Shown here one piece after another: positions 25,841 through 38,406 of a DNA stretch of 64,000 nucleotides (the stretch's first letter is position 1; the number at the start of each line of letters is the position of its first letter). Below the pieces are notes generated by a model that worked only from the letters and a program-made list of their open reading frames with translations, did not search any database and was not told the origin of the DNA. The position numbers and the translations under genes were made by a program. Source of the stretch: Octopus vulgaris (Eukaryota); the NCBI GenBank assembly GCA_951406725.2, contig OX597822.1:40362001-40426000 (forward strand). The letters are read 5' to 3'.

Positions 25841-26089
25841 AACCTGTCTTTTTGGCATTTTTCTGGGTTTTTTTCTTAAAAAAGTGAAACCGGTCATGTG
25901 AATAAACATCTTTAAAATTGCATTTTCAAACCTTCCTTCATATATGTATATATATATACCGGAGTAAACACATAAATGTGAAACATATATGAAGGAAGGT
26001 TTGAAAATGCAATTTTAAAGATGCTTATTCACTTGACCAGTTTCACTTTTTTTAGAAAAAACCCCAGAAAAATGCCAAAAAGACAGGTT
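25841..26089. repeat. Tail-to-tail inverted repeat (~107-bp arms), third copy at ~25119-25208
   Basis: 25841-25947 is the reverse complement of 25983-26089 with few mismatches. The arm contains GAAAC-CG-GTC...AATAAA. Confidence 0.88.
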
Positions 26090-26098
26090 GGTTTCAAG

Positions 26099-26166
26099 GT
26101 CCGATGAACGGCAACGGGAAACTCAGAGTAACAGGTTTTGTTGAATTTTCTGCTGCTTTAAATAAA
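26099..26166 (+). ncRNA. Hammerhead-like remnant followed by AATAAA
   Basis: CCGATGA-acg[gcaa]cgg-GAAAC-tcaga-GTA. Same stem III (ACTCAGAGT) as the 46.9 kb copy. AATAAA at 26161. Confidence 0.45.
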
Positions 26167-26271
26167 GTAGATATATATATATATATATATATATATTCAA
26201 ATATTTCTTCGAATATGCAACGAAGAGCTCAGTTAGATTGTTAACTTTTACGTAGCAATATAAAATCTACA

Positions 26272-26610
26272 AAAGGCAGCGAGCTGGTAGAATTCCGCCG
26301 AGGTCGACTTTGCCTTTCATCCTTTCGGGGTCGATTAAATAAAGTACCAATTACGCACTGGGGACGATATAATCGACTTAATCTATTTGTCTGTCCTTGT
26401 TTGTCCTCTCTGTGTTTAGCCCCTTGTGGGTAGTAAAGCAATAGGTATTTCGTTTGCCGTTGCGTTCTAAGTTCAAATTCTGCCGAGGTCGACTTTGCTT
26501 TTCATCCTTTCCGGGTCGATAAATTAAGTACCAATTGCGTACTGGGGTCGATCTAATCGACTGGACTCTCCCCCAAAATTTCGGGCCTTGTGCCTAGAGT
26601 AAAAAAGAAT
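26272..26610 (+). mobile_element. SINE family B dimer (5' internal deletion)
   Basis: Same dimer structure as 37019-37418. Confidence 0.88.
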
Positions 26611-27221
26611 ATAAAATCTACGATTTGTGTCTGGAATACGTTATATATTTATAATTCTTGCAAAATTCCTGTTTCCGCTAAAAACACAGTTCACTTGAAA
26701 CACGTTTTCACCATTCATCAACCAATTAATAATGTAGCGTATTTTTTAGTGTCGCTGGCTTACTATACATACCGTCAGCGGTAGAAATATTTACATATTC
26801 CCCTCCAATATAAACGAAGTCAACTAAAATCTTTGCACCATACTACTACTACTACTACTACTGCTGCATTGTGATTCAGATTATACACCAAAGAGTACAA
26901 CATTCGGAATCAGTATCTGAGGTTTATTAAATATTCATTGTACAGGCGAAGAAGTTGTAGGCGCAACGAGATAATCATTTTAGTGTTGTAACGTTAACAA
27001 AGAATTCAAAGAGTTTGAGAATAATCATATTTTTGAATATTGCACAGAATGATGCAACGATAAGTGATGCGAGGAAAACAAATCAGGTTATATATATATA
27101 TATATATACATACAGTGAAATAAAGATCCACAGTTCTCTCTCCCCACCCCTCGTCTTTCTCTCTATCTCTACACACGCTCATACATACATACATACATAC
27201 ATATATACATACATACATGCA

Positions 27222-27480
27222 TATTTATATATAAAATCCGTTCTGTGTGTCTGTCTGTGTGCCTTCTAGGATCTCGGGCATTCTCAATCCGATTGCGCTC
27301 AAATTTGATATGTAGATACCGACGGTATCAGGGCGTGTATAAGTCTTGAAAAAATTACAAAAATCGATTCCGGGTGAGAATGCGATCGATAAAGCCGTGG
27401 GAACGTGCATTTGTACGCGCAAGTACATCGGCTGTTGCGATCGATACTACGCGTACGCGAGAAAAACGCACGTGCAGTTT
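27222..27480 (+). mobile_element. Helitron-like non-autonomous element, 5' part
   Basis: tatatataaaa + (tgtc)n + 'ccgattgcgctcaaatttgatatg' layout, typical of animal non-autonomous Helitron 5' ends. Confidence 0.5.
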
Positions 27481-27487
27481 GCGCATG

Positions 27488-27524
<37 letters not shown>

Positions 27525-28224
27525 GTATATATGTGCATGTATATATCTATATGTATGTATATGCATGTATATATCTATATGTATGTATATACATGCATAT
27601 ATCTATGTGTATGTATATATATATGTATATATATATATATATCTCCATGTGTGTGTATGCGTGTATATGTGTGTGAGAGATAGATAGAGAGGAAGAGAAA
27701 GAGACCAAATTCTATTCCTCAAAAACACTGATCATTTCAAAGGTGTAGAAGACATTTGGCCAACATTATCGCCAAGATTTAACTGAAACATTTGAAATTA
27801 GAGATGGATAAAATAAATCTTAGACTGAAATTAGCGCTGGGTCTCGATGTGGTAATCTAAAACAGATGCCCCAGCATGGTCACCACCTTCTGACTTAACA
27901 CATTAGTTGGCATGTAGCAACATGCTCTGCTTCTAAAATCTTGCTTGCCATTGTTTTTTATCTGGTTTGTTTGCTTGATTTATTATGTCAGTGTCCTCTC
28001 CGTTATCTTAGAAACGACAGAAGCAATAAAAACCAACTGAATTCATAAAAAGTAGAATAATCTTTTGTTGCTTATTTTTAATGTTGCATTTGAAAATTCC
28101 ATTTTTGTATGGAGTGGAAGAGGTTTTATTCAGTAAATGAGACAAGTATACACAGTGTAAGTGTGGGTGTGTGATGATGCAAGGAAATAGAAGTTAAGAC
28201 ATGAGTATGTATATGTTTATATTA

Positions 28225-28330
28225 ATATTTAGCAGAAGAAACAGACTCAATAGCCGAGAGTTTCGTTCATCACTTGAGAAGTTCACGTAACTCTCGGCAC
28301 TAGAATCACGTTATAGCTTCTGCTCAATAT
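28225..28330. repeat. Degenerate foldback element
   Basis: atatttagcagaag...gccgagagtttcgt vs acgtaactctcggc...cttctgctcaatat. Confidence 0.55.
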
Positions 28331-29113
28331 ATGCATGTATGTGTGTGTTAATTATAAGCGGCTCTAATAACGTAAACATTATCGATGTTACATATTTAAC
28401 GTATGTGTTTTGTTTATGCGCTTATCAGCTGCGGCACGGCGTCAGGGAGAAGGCCCGTTTTTAAACCGCCGCGTATTATAAAAAATAAACACCCAAATGA
28501 TATTGAATTTCTCTAACCAGGCGAGACAGCTCATCTCGGAGGTGAACGAGAATGATGGATATCGATATCTCGCTCACATCGAAACGAATTGGAATCGCTG
28601 GTCTGACGAATATATGCAAACGGTGGAGAGTCTATGTACTGATGTGTAATAGCGCTGCTCGAGTAAAATAAAATTACAGTCAAGTACATAGTTGGATGTT
28701 TTTAGTTGTTAGTATAGGGGGTTATAGTTTTCAGTATCGATGTTAATTATAACGGTTAGTAAAGATGGTTATACTAGTTAGTATTAGCGGTTACAGTAGT
28801 TAGTATTGGTGAGATTATAATAATTAGAGTTAATAGTTATAGTTACTAGTATTGGCGATGTCTATAGTAATTAATATTGGTAATAGGTATACTAGTTACT
28901 AGATTGGTTACAGTGGTTAGTATTGGTAGTTAGAGTAATGATATTACTAGCCATATAATAGTATTAGCTGTTTCATAGGTAACAGAAATAGTTATAAAAA
29001 TACTTAGTAGAACGAAATATAACCAAACACTACATAATTTTTTTTATACGAATGTAAAAAGTATAAATTGATTCCATGATTTGAAAGAAGAGAGAAATAT
29101 AGACATTGAGCAT

Positions 29114-29473
29114 AAGGCGGCGAACTGGCAGAAACGTTAGCACGCCGGGTGAAATGCTCAGCAATATTTCGTCTGCCGCTACTTTCTGAGTTCAAATTCT
29201 GCCGAGGTCGACTTGCTTTTCATCCTGGGGTCGATTTCATCGATTTAATCCGTTTGTCTGTCCTTGTTTGTCTTCTCTGTGTTTAGCTCCTTGTGGGTAG
29301 TAAAGAAATAGGTATTTCGTCTGTCTTTACTGAGTTCAAATTCCGCTGAGGTCGACTTTGTCTTTCATCCTTTCTGGGTCGATAAATTAAGTACCAGTTA
29401 TTGTACTAGGTTCGATCTAATCGACTGGCCCCCTTCCCCAAATTTTCCAGCCTCGTGCCTAGAGTAGAAAAGG
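29114..29473 (+). mobile_element. SINE family B dimer
   Basis: Same dimer structure as 37019-37418. Ends ~100 bp before the exon acceptor. Confidence 0.88.
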
Positions 29474-29574
29474 TTACAGACATTGGGCACCAGTGTACGG
29501 TGATGTGGGAAGAAGCAGCTCTGTGAATATTCCATTATTTGTTTCTCTAATATTTCTGTTTCTTTTCCTTTCAG

Positions 29575-29808
29575 GTATTCCCCACTTGGTATCACATTCT
29601 TGATTGCTGCCAAAATTGTGGAGATGAGAGATTTTGGGGTTCTTCTGGGAAAGGTTGGTCTTTACTTCATTACAGTTCTGTGTGGTCTTGCAGTACATGG
29701 AGCTTGTATTCTTCCGGCCCTCTATTTCCTATGTGTTCGGAAGAACCCTTACAAATTCATTGCTGGTATCTTTCAAGCTATGGCTACAGCTTTTGGAACT
29801 TCATCCAG
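29575..29808 (+). CDS. SLC1A: SLC1A/EAAT exon (TM5-TM6-HP1; [18 protein letters not shown]...RKNPYKF...TAFGTSS)
   Basis: tttcag acceptor, gtaaaa donor. 234 bp, phase 2-2. Canonical WYSPxG, RKNP and GTSS motifs. Confidence 0.97.
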
Positions 29809-29847
29809 GTAAAAGCCTTTTTCATTATTATTATTATTATTATTATT

Positions 29848-30396
29848 GAGTGAGAGAGCAGTGCATGCCATCAAAATGACCCTGGGGCACAAATATACGA
29901 AGCCCAGTATACCCATCATGACTACCCGTATGATTAGTGTACACCAGGCACGTGCATTACAATCATATGTGCGCGACATGGTGATCTCATATCAAGATTA
30001 ACAGCGCATGACCTGGCGGTTGGGGCCCAGTTAGAATTTTCTTCAGGTTGGGTAGCCCATCCCGCTCAAAAAATCCTTGAATAAGGGTTGTTTAGGATGT
30101 TGAACGAAACACCCATGTTTCCGAAGGTGAATTATCTGAACCCCAAAGAATTCTTCTCAACACATGGCTATGATGCTCCCCCACTACTTCTGCTCGTGAT
30201 CAGAGATGCACATATCGTCAGCCACTAAGTGACATGCTCAACTGGTTAAGGTCAAACAACTGACAAACAAATCTGTGGTATTAAGCAGAATATTTGCTGT
30301 AGCCCATCTTTTATACCGAGACAAAACAATGTACACTTCCAATCAGTTAAGATTAAAAGCCATGAGAGCCACTGTCTGGTACTGCATCAGGGCATT
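29848..30396. mobile_element. ~550-bp insertion into an (ATT)n tract, family unassigned
   Basis: Complex, higher-GC block sharply bounded on both sides by (ATT)n, 40 bp after an exon donor. No convincing ORF. Confidence 0.45.
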
Positions 30397-30431
30397 GTTG
30401 TTATTATTATTATTATTATTACTACTGCTAC

Positions 30432-30845
30432 TGAGACGGCGAGCTGGTAGAACAGTTACCAAGCCGGACAAATGCTTAGCGGCATTTCGTCCGTCTTTAC
30501 ATTCTGGGCTAAAATTCTGCTGAGGTCGACTTTGCCTTCCATCCTTTTGGGGTAGATAAAATAAGTACCAGTTGAATACTGAGGCCGATGTACTCGGCTT
30601 ACCGCCCTCTCTAAAGAAAAATTGAGGCCTTGTGCCTACTGTAGAAAGAATTATTATTTTTATGCTGGTGGACAAGCAGAATCGTCAGAGTATCAGAAAA
30701 AAATTACTTGCGACATTTCTTCCGACTCTACGTTCTGAGTTCAAACCCTGTCTTTCACCCTTTTATGGTTTATAAAGTAAAATTCCAGTAATTTACAGAG
30801 AATGATGTCTCCCAGAATGTGTAAACTTGTGTTAATGTTAAAATT
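30432..30845 (+). mobile_element. SINE family B, two tandem copies
   Basis: Family B consensus, second copy decayed. Further decayed copies at ~31555-31770. Confidence 0.8.
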
Positions 30846-33598
30846 CATTATTATTTCGCATCAATTTGGTTATTTTTTGTGTGTTATGTTGTTGTTGCTT
30901 TGTTTCAGCCCCAGATCGTCCCTGGTCTAGTGGACCCAGGATGACATATTCCAAGCATGTCCCTCTTGGTCATACTACTGCTCCCATAGTATGCCAACGC
31001 GTCTCTATGTCTGGTTACGGTTTTAACTAGTTGAACGGCCTCGTAGAACCTCTCATGTTGGCTTGTTATTTTCTATATTTTGCCCGCGCGTGTGTATGGT
31101 ATGGGTATATATGTTAGTTGTCGCATGAGAGCCACTGGCTGTAGCTATTTCGCAAATAGTTCGAACCCTGTTACTAGTAGTACAGTCAATCTACGAACAG
31201 TACATGCAATTCCTGGAGCTTCCACGTTCGCTCTGCATGTCAGAAATAGCAACTTTATTTCTCTCAGATCACATCCAACGCTCTTTAAAAAAGAAGGACA
31301 CATTGGATATTGTATTCACAAAAACGCAAAAGACGATATGATACGGCTTCGGTTGGGACAGTTTTGAATCCAGACCAGATCAATGCGGCTGACCTGTGGC
31401 TGAATAGTAATATCAGCGTACCACTCCCAATCAGAAGCCCATTACACTTAGTGTCCGGTCGGAGTATCGACCTCCATAAAGTTTAGTTAGAGGCAAGAAA
31501 GTGTATAGACGTGGTTTGAGCTTTGTCAAACTGATTCAACCATATTTCAGAAGAAGGCGGACTAACAGAGGCGTTAGGGCATAGGATAGAATACCTCGAG
31601 GAATTTGTTCCAACTCTCGGCAACCTGAGTTCGAATACTGCCGAGGTGAACTTTGCTTTCAATCCTTTTACGGTCAATAAAAGAGTACTAATCCAGGTGG
31701 CGGAATGCCGGAACTACAAGAAAGTTGCAGCACTTTGCATTCTAAGTTCAAATTCCGCCGTGGCCTACATAGGTAGTTGATTTAATCTATCACTTGTTTT
31801 AACACTCTCACTTGATATCTTAGGTATCTTTAGCAGAGTGGACTCCGCTAAAGATACCCAACCAGCAATCAGTTCAGATCCCGGCTTTGAGGATACCGAC
31901 AGACTTACCGACCGACCTACTAGTTTTGAAAATTCTGTCATGGTTACTGCATTCCCTACTGACTACAAGGTGAAGAAATACTAAATCGGTCCAGCCTCAT
32001 TGGTCCAACTAACAAGGCCAGACAATATTAGACCCATATAGGTGGATGTTGACCACTAAGTTTCTTACGGAAACATCCAGGACATTTACTTCGATTTTGC
32101 TTTTGGCTTGCAAATCTAAATATAAAATTGGATCGGTTTCTAGTGCCAGAGTCAGTTCATCGTTTCGTTTTCAAACGAAGTATAACGCCAACTCTGAGCT
32201 TTCGAAACCGTACAAAATCCGGCGACCAATGATGCCGGGACAATAAGTCTACAATCTTCGGGCGTTTCATAGTTATCTGGCTCACTACGATTAGGAACAT
32301 AATTGAAAGGGAATTCTGAAGGATTGGGACTACAAATAATTATTAGGGTCCTTCACTGGAAGGTTTTATTGTTGCTTAGTCTGAGGTGAGACTTGACTGA
32401 GTAGATTAATGATCAAAAGCGTTCCATCAGTAGCCACCTCGTCGTTATGAATATAGTTGAACGTGGTTTTATATTTCTCATAACAGACTCAATTTTTGAG
32501 AGATCCCACTCGAAAATAGGGGTTACCAGACTAGTTGTTGTTTAGATTTAGTTGGCATATAGTCAAAAATGATCCAGTCTTGATCATCTCGTCTTTTATT
32601 CAGGCGTAGTATAGCCAGAACTCCATTATCATCCATCATTCCTATCTAATGTTTGGAGAGTAAACTTTAGACAGATTTGGCTATTATTTCTAGCAGAATG
32701 AACCCCCATGTAGACTATCATTTCATTGTTTCGTTTTTTTTTCAGATGTAATTTTTGTTGAACCTCACGTCTATCTTCATGCAGCAAATTTATGAAAACG
32801 ATATTCCATCCGTGACCATCATATTCACAAATAGCATAGAACTACATTCGCTGGAATTTTCTGTACATTTAGGATATATCTTAAAGAGATTTGGCGTCTG
32901 TTTCTGGCGGTTCGGGCGACCACCTGGAGGACTGTTTCTTCAGTGCCGCGGAAATAAAATGATAGCGGAACATTGGGGGTGTGATTTGGCTACTAATTAC
33001 GGAGAGAGTGTGGGATTGATTTATTTGGAAGTTTTCTTGATGGCTTGTGTTCACTCTAATCTGAAAATAATTTGAAGAGAGCCATATGAGATAAGACTCA
33101 CGGACAGACGGACCAAATCAAGCAACTATTTAGAATCTCTGACATTATATATTTATTTACTGGATCCATAACATCAATGTTGCTGTTATTATTATTGCTT
33201 TGTATTTGGCATCTAGTTCGAGATAACAATGTTTACAATGGATTGTTTATCAAAGAATCGTTTAAAACAACATTATGTATGACAATGTTTGTGTTTGTGT
33301 GTGTGTGTGTGTGTGATGCTGTTTGAAGCTTCCTAATGAGTATTCGTCTTTATCACGGCGACGGCGGCAGTAGCTGTTGTAAACAGCCATTAAGAATCAT
33401 ATACAGTATATGGCAACGTCATAACACTGTTGCAGCCCCGTCTACCTATTTGTTTACGCTATAATTCTGTAGAACTGCTAAATAACGTTCATCTCTTTAT
33501 TTAGAGACAGCGTAAAACGAAGATGGTATGATAAAACTCATTGCTACACACCACCAAATACACACAGGCACACAAACACACACACACACACACACACA

Positions 33599-34070
33599 TA
33601 TTAGATTTATAGTTGTTTAACTTTCGACTTATTTTAGAACATGGTTGAGTCCTTGAAATAGGATTTGACTACACCTCCATTTAGAGCACAGTTTAAGCTA
33701 TCTTTTCGCGGAAGAAAGTTTATGTTCCTATAACCTGTGTTAATTCTGTAACCCTTTAAAATGGAAGATAAGAAAGTTCATTTTCGGCACTTGATGCTTT
33801 GGGAACCAGACAGAAATTGCTGCAGCTCGGCTGGGATGTGTTACCCCACCCTCCATATTCACCAGATATTGCTTCTTCGGATTTCCACTTATTCAGGTCT
33901 CTGCAGAATAGTCTTAATGGTAAAAATTTCAATTCCTCGGATGACGTAAAAAGATACCTTGATGAATTATTTGCCATGAAATCACCTCAATTATGGGAAG
34001 AGGGTATTTTCAAGTTAAAGGAAAGATGAAGACGCATTGTGCAACAAAATGGTTCATATTTGGTTGATTT
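33599..34070 (+). mobile_element. Second copy of the mariner deletion derivative (TIRs damaged)
   Basis: Colinear with 9955-10410. Encodes HPPYSPDIASSDFHLFRSLQNSL with the same deletion junction. Confidence 0.9.
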
Positions 34071-34280
34071 GACCTGAATACATATATACACAACAACAAC
34101 GACATTACGTCAATGATAACACACGCACAAGCTCGGTTCCACTTCTTTATTGTAAGTCAATTGGTTAAATATATGTGTTGTCATTATTGGCGTAATGGCT
34201 CTCTCAAGACAAGAAAATTTGTTTCAGCACGTGTTCGCATCAAGAATCTAACAAACTAAATACAAACTCGAAGTATCGAT

Positions 34281-34630
34281 AACAAGAGCACTCAGAAAGC
34301 TCAAACCTCCGCCAAAGCAACACCAACGTCCTCTCAACGATTAGGCAAAGATGATTTTTAAAATGAGAATATCTGAAATAAACTCGACTGCTCTCACAAC
34401 GAGAATACTAGAAATTAAGTGAAAAAAAAGGAAAAGCAGGAAAAATAATCCAGAATCCTTGTCCGGAACCTGATCGATCCACAAATCTAATTAGTTCGTG
34501 CCAGTCATGAGGCCAAACATCGCTAAAAAGTTTCATCCGAATCCATCCAGCGGTTCTTGAGATATCTTATCCACGGACAAACAAACACGACTGAAAACAA
34601 TACCTCCACCTTCGCTAAAGCGCAGGTAAT
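34281..34630 (-). mobile_element. Helentron-associated (HINE/DINE-1-like) element
   Basis: Minus strand starts ttacctgcgc...ggtggaggt then gtttgtttgtcc...gctggatggattcggatgaaac. Ends ggcggaggt + hairpin gagctttctgagtgctc + tt. Confidence 0.65.
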
Positions 34631-35559
34631 AATCACTTTAAAAATACGTCGAAAATACATCTCTTGGAAAGGGTTGGACATAGCTATGTAATACAACAAG
34701 AAGACAAACTCTGCCACCAGCTGTAACAGCTGTAATATGAACAACAATAGCAATTATAATAACGATAGGTCTCTCAGATAAGGTATGAGCTGGTAATGCT
34801 GTGCTGCAATATTATCTAAATCAACTTAACTACAACAACAACAACAACTGTAAAATCAAATATAGCAACACTAAGTCTCTTAGATAAGGTTTGACCTGGA
34901 AGGCTACAGGCCAACAACAACTGCGTTACCATAATATAACAACAACAACAAACATTAACAATAACAACATATAGAAAGCAAATCAGTCACGTAACACTTA
35001 AGGTGGCGTTGTTTTTTTTTATTTTTATTAACAATGTTGGCTGGTTTTGTTCTTTCTCTTCATAAATATTCATATTTCTTTGAAAGTCCTGGCACTGCAT
35101 AATTAAGGATTGTCATATTATGAACTGAGATAATTGTGGTTGTGGTTGTATAACCCCTGGACTGAATAGGTCAAAACAGGTTTATGATAAAGAGTTTCCA
35201 CCGCGATCGTCTTATTATAAGACCTAATATATCCTGAAGTAGATTACGTAATAGTTTTATCTTCGGAGATGTTGTTGTTTACTACTACAACAACAACAAC
35301 AAAAACAACGACGATGGAAATAATTTCAGCCCCACTTTGCCAAAAGCCAACCGCCATCTTATTTCGCTGCAAGAAAGCGGAATTCATCAGTCGTGACTCC
35401 CCATCTTATTAGCGAACATAATGTATGTAGGACAACGTTATCTAATTCGTCAGTCTTCCTTTTCCTACGCATCTGCTCGTGATTTGAGGAAATTTTATCG
35501 GCTATTTCTAGGAAGGCAAGCGACCATGTAGAGGTTCCGTCTTTGGCTGATAATGTTGA

Positions 35560-35942
35560 TATATTGTTGGCACGCCGGGCGAAATGCTTAGCGGCATTTT
35601 GTCTGCCGCTACGTTCTGAGTTCAAATTCCACCGATGTCAACTTTGCCTTTCATCCTTTCGGAGTCGATTAAATAAGTACCAGTTACGCACTGGAGTCGA
35701 TGTAATCGACTTAATTCTTGTGTCTGTCCTTGTTTGTCCTCTCTGTGTTTAGCCCCCTGTGGGTAGTAAAGAAATAGGTATTTCGTCTGTCTTTACGTCC
35801 TGAGTTCAAATTCCATCGAGGTCGTCTTCGCCTTTCACTCTCTCTGGGTCGATAAATTAAGTACCACTTACGTACTGAGATATACCTAATCGTCTGCCTC
35901 CTTCTTCAAATGTATGGGCCTTGTGCCTTGAGTAGGAAAGAT
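35560..35942 (+). mobile_element. SINE family B dimer
   Basis: Same dimer structure as 37019-37418. Confidence 0.87.
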
Positions 35943-37018
35943 TATATACATATTGTTTATATTATATTCTTTTATTTTATTTTTTTACTTTATTCTTTTA
36001 GTTGTTTGTCATTTGATTGTGGCCATGCTGGGACACCACCTTCAAGGGCTTTTAATAGAGCAAATCGAACCAAGGACATATCTTTTTAAAGCCTATCGGT
36101 CGCTTTTGCCGAACCGCTAGTTACAGGGACGGTGGTGGTGGTAGTGGGACAGATATACAAACACTGCACTATGAGCAAGTGCATTCTACTATTGCCTCGG
36201 GGATGGGGGGGAAAGTCACAAGAATCTCAGTTGATAGAGAAGGGAAATGTTTGAACATTGATACAGAATCAATAAATGAAATACAAAAGGCACACAAGAG
36301 TGTGTGCGTGTGTGTGTCATCGCCGCTTGACAACCGGTGTTAGTGCGTTTACGTCCACGTAATCTAGCGGTTTGGCCTAAGATACCGATAGAATAGTTAC
36401 CAAGCTTTAAAAAAATGTTCTTACGTCGATTCTTTCGAATAAAAATTCTTCACGGTATTATAAATTTGAATAAAACTGAAAATCACTACCTGCTTTTATA
36501 GCAAGTTGATGTAGGTAATTTATCCCGTTCCCCACCGATTTTTAGTTTATGCAACTGAAAAAACTGCATTATTTATGGGATGACCCAATATATATGTAGT
36601 AGTAGGAATATTTGGCAGTTCCAAAACACCGAAGAATCGAAACCGTATTGTTAAGTTTCAACTATCAGGATTTGTTAGAGATCAGTAAGTGACGTCATCG
36701 GTCAACTGACCAATCTAATTCCTCAACTACACGAATGCGATTCGTCCAAATATTGAACACGTCACAATAAAAATCTGAAACCCGGATTTAAGATAAACAG
36801 GATGTTATCAATTGATTTTTCGTACCCTTTTTTACTTGAACAGGTAAAACATATGAATAGAATTGTTTCACCACAAGTAGGGAGTGGATTCACCCATCTC
36901 ATTCTTTGATGAACTGTTACTGCTGTATAAATCCCCTCTTCTGTCCTTCCTCGAAGCGACACTACTAAGTTGTAAACGTTAAAAATTAATAGCCTTGGTT
37001 TAATATTTCCACGGCATT

Positions 37019-37418
37019 AAGGCAGCGAGCTGGCAGAAACGTTAGCACGCCGGGCGAAATGATTAGTAGTATTTCGTCTGCCGCTACGTTCTGAATTCAA
37101 ATTCCGCCGAGGTCGACTTTGCCTTTCATCCTTTCGGGGTCGATTAAATAAGTACCAGTTACGCACTGGAGTCGATGTAATCGACTTAATCCGTGTGTCT
37201 GTCCTTTTCTGTTCCCTCCGTGTTTATCCCCTTGTGGGTAGTAAAGAAATAGGTATTTCGTCTGTCTTTACGTTCTAAGTTCAAATTCCGCCGAGGTCGA
37301 CTTTGCCTTTCATCCTTTCGGGATCGATAAATTAAATACCAGTTACGTACTGGGGTCGATCTAATCGACTGGCCCGTTCCCCAAAATTTCGGGCCTTGTG
37401 CCTAGTGTAGAAAAGAAT
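37019..37418 (+). mobile_element. SINE family B dimer, best-preserved copy
   Basis: A-box-like gagctggcagaa, B-box gttcaaattcc, body, linker ccccttgtgggtagtaaagaaata, second B-box/body, tail ggccttgtgcctagtgtagaaaagaat. Confidence 0.92.
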
Positions 37419-37601
37419 ATTTCCACGGCATTTGTATTCATTTCATCGACATCAAATCAACCAAATCATATTGGTGACACACAAATACTTTTGTCATCTC
37501 ACACTCACACACATACACACACACATTGTCTTTAAAATTCATTTATTTGTTGCATTATCTTTAACTCATAGAGGAAATTCACAGTCTCTATCTTGTTTGA
37601 T

Positions 37602-37639
<38 letters not shown>

Positions 37640-38018
37640 GAGAGAGAGAGAGTCATCTATAGTTCTTCCTTTCGGTTGTAAATTGCGAATAAAACACTTT
37701 TATTATTAATAATTTTGCCTTTTACCATTTATGGAATCAGTATGGGATTTCTACGGTAACTCTTATCAAATGACAAGGCAAACCAGCTTAACCGTAGGCA
37801 GGCAACCGGGTAGGTGTCAATAAAATGCGAAATCACTTCTGATCTGGCTATATCTCGGATGCTGCAGGGAGTTCCCTCCATTGTTAGTCATAAGAAAAGT
37901 GCGCTCTGTAGGCTCTTATTTCTAGCAACGGAATGATGGTGCTAACTAGTATCCTTAGTCACTTTAGTGACGCCGATAATTCTGCCTATCGGCAATAAAT
38001 TGCTGATAAGCCACCTTC

Positions 38019-38067
<49 letters not shown>

Positions 38068-38348
38068 GCGTAGGAGTAGCTGTGTGGTAAGTAGCTTGCT
38101 TACCAACCACATGGTTCCCTGTTCAATCCCACTGCGTTGCAGCTTGGGCAAGTGTCTTCTACTATAGCCTCGGGCCGACCAAAGCATTGTGAGTGTATTT
38201 GGTAGACAGAAACTGAAAGAAGCTCGTCGTATATATGTATGTATATATATATGATACGTTTGTTTTTACGTTCAATTATAATTAAATCAATTTTACATTA
38301 ATATAAAAAGTTACTATAGTGTACACATTTATTATTCTTTTACATATC

Positions 38349-38406
38349 ATTGACAATGCCTTCTGACGATGGCTTAGCTGGTCGAAACTTTGAAGTCATT
38401 GTCAAT
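38349..38406 (+). ncRNA. Hammerhead-like motif, imperfect stem I
   Basis: attgacaat-gcctt-CTGACGA-t-ggct[tagct]ggtc-GAAAC-tttgaa-GTC-attgtcaat. Stem III ACTTTGAAGT is one transition from the palindrome ACTTCGAAGT. Confidence 0.5.
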
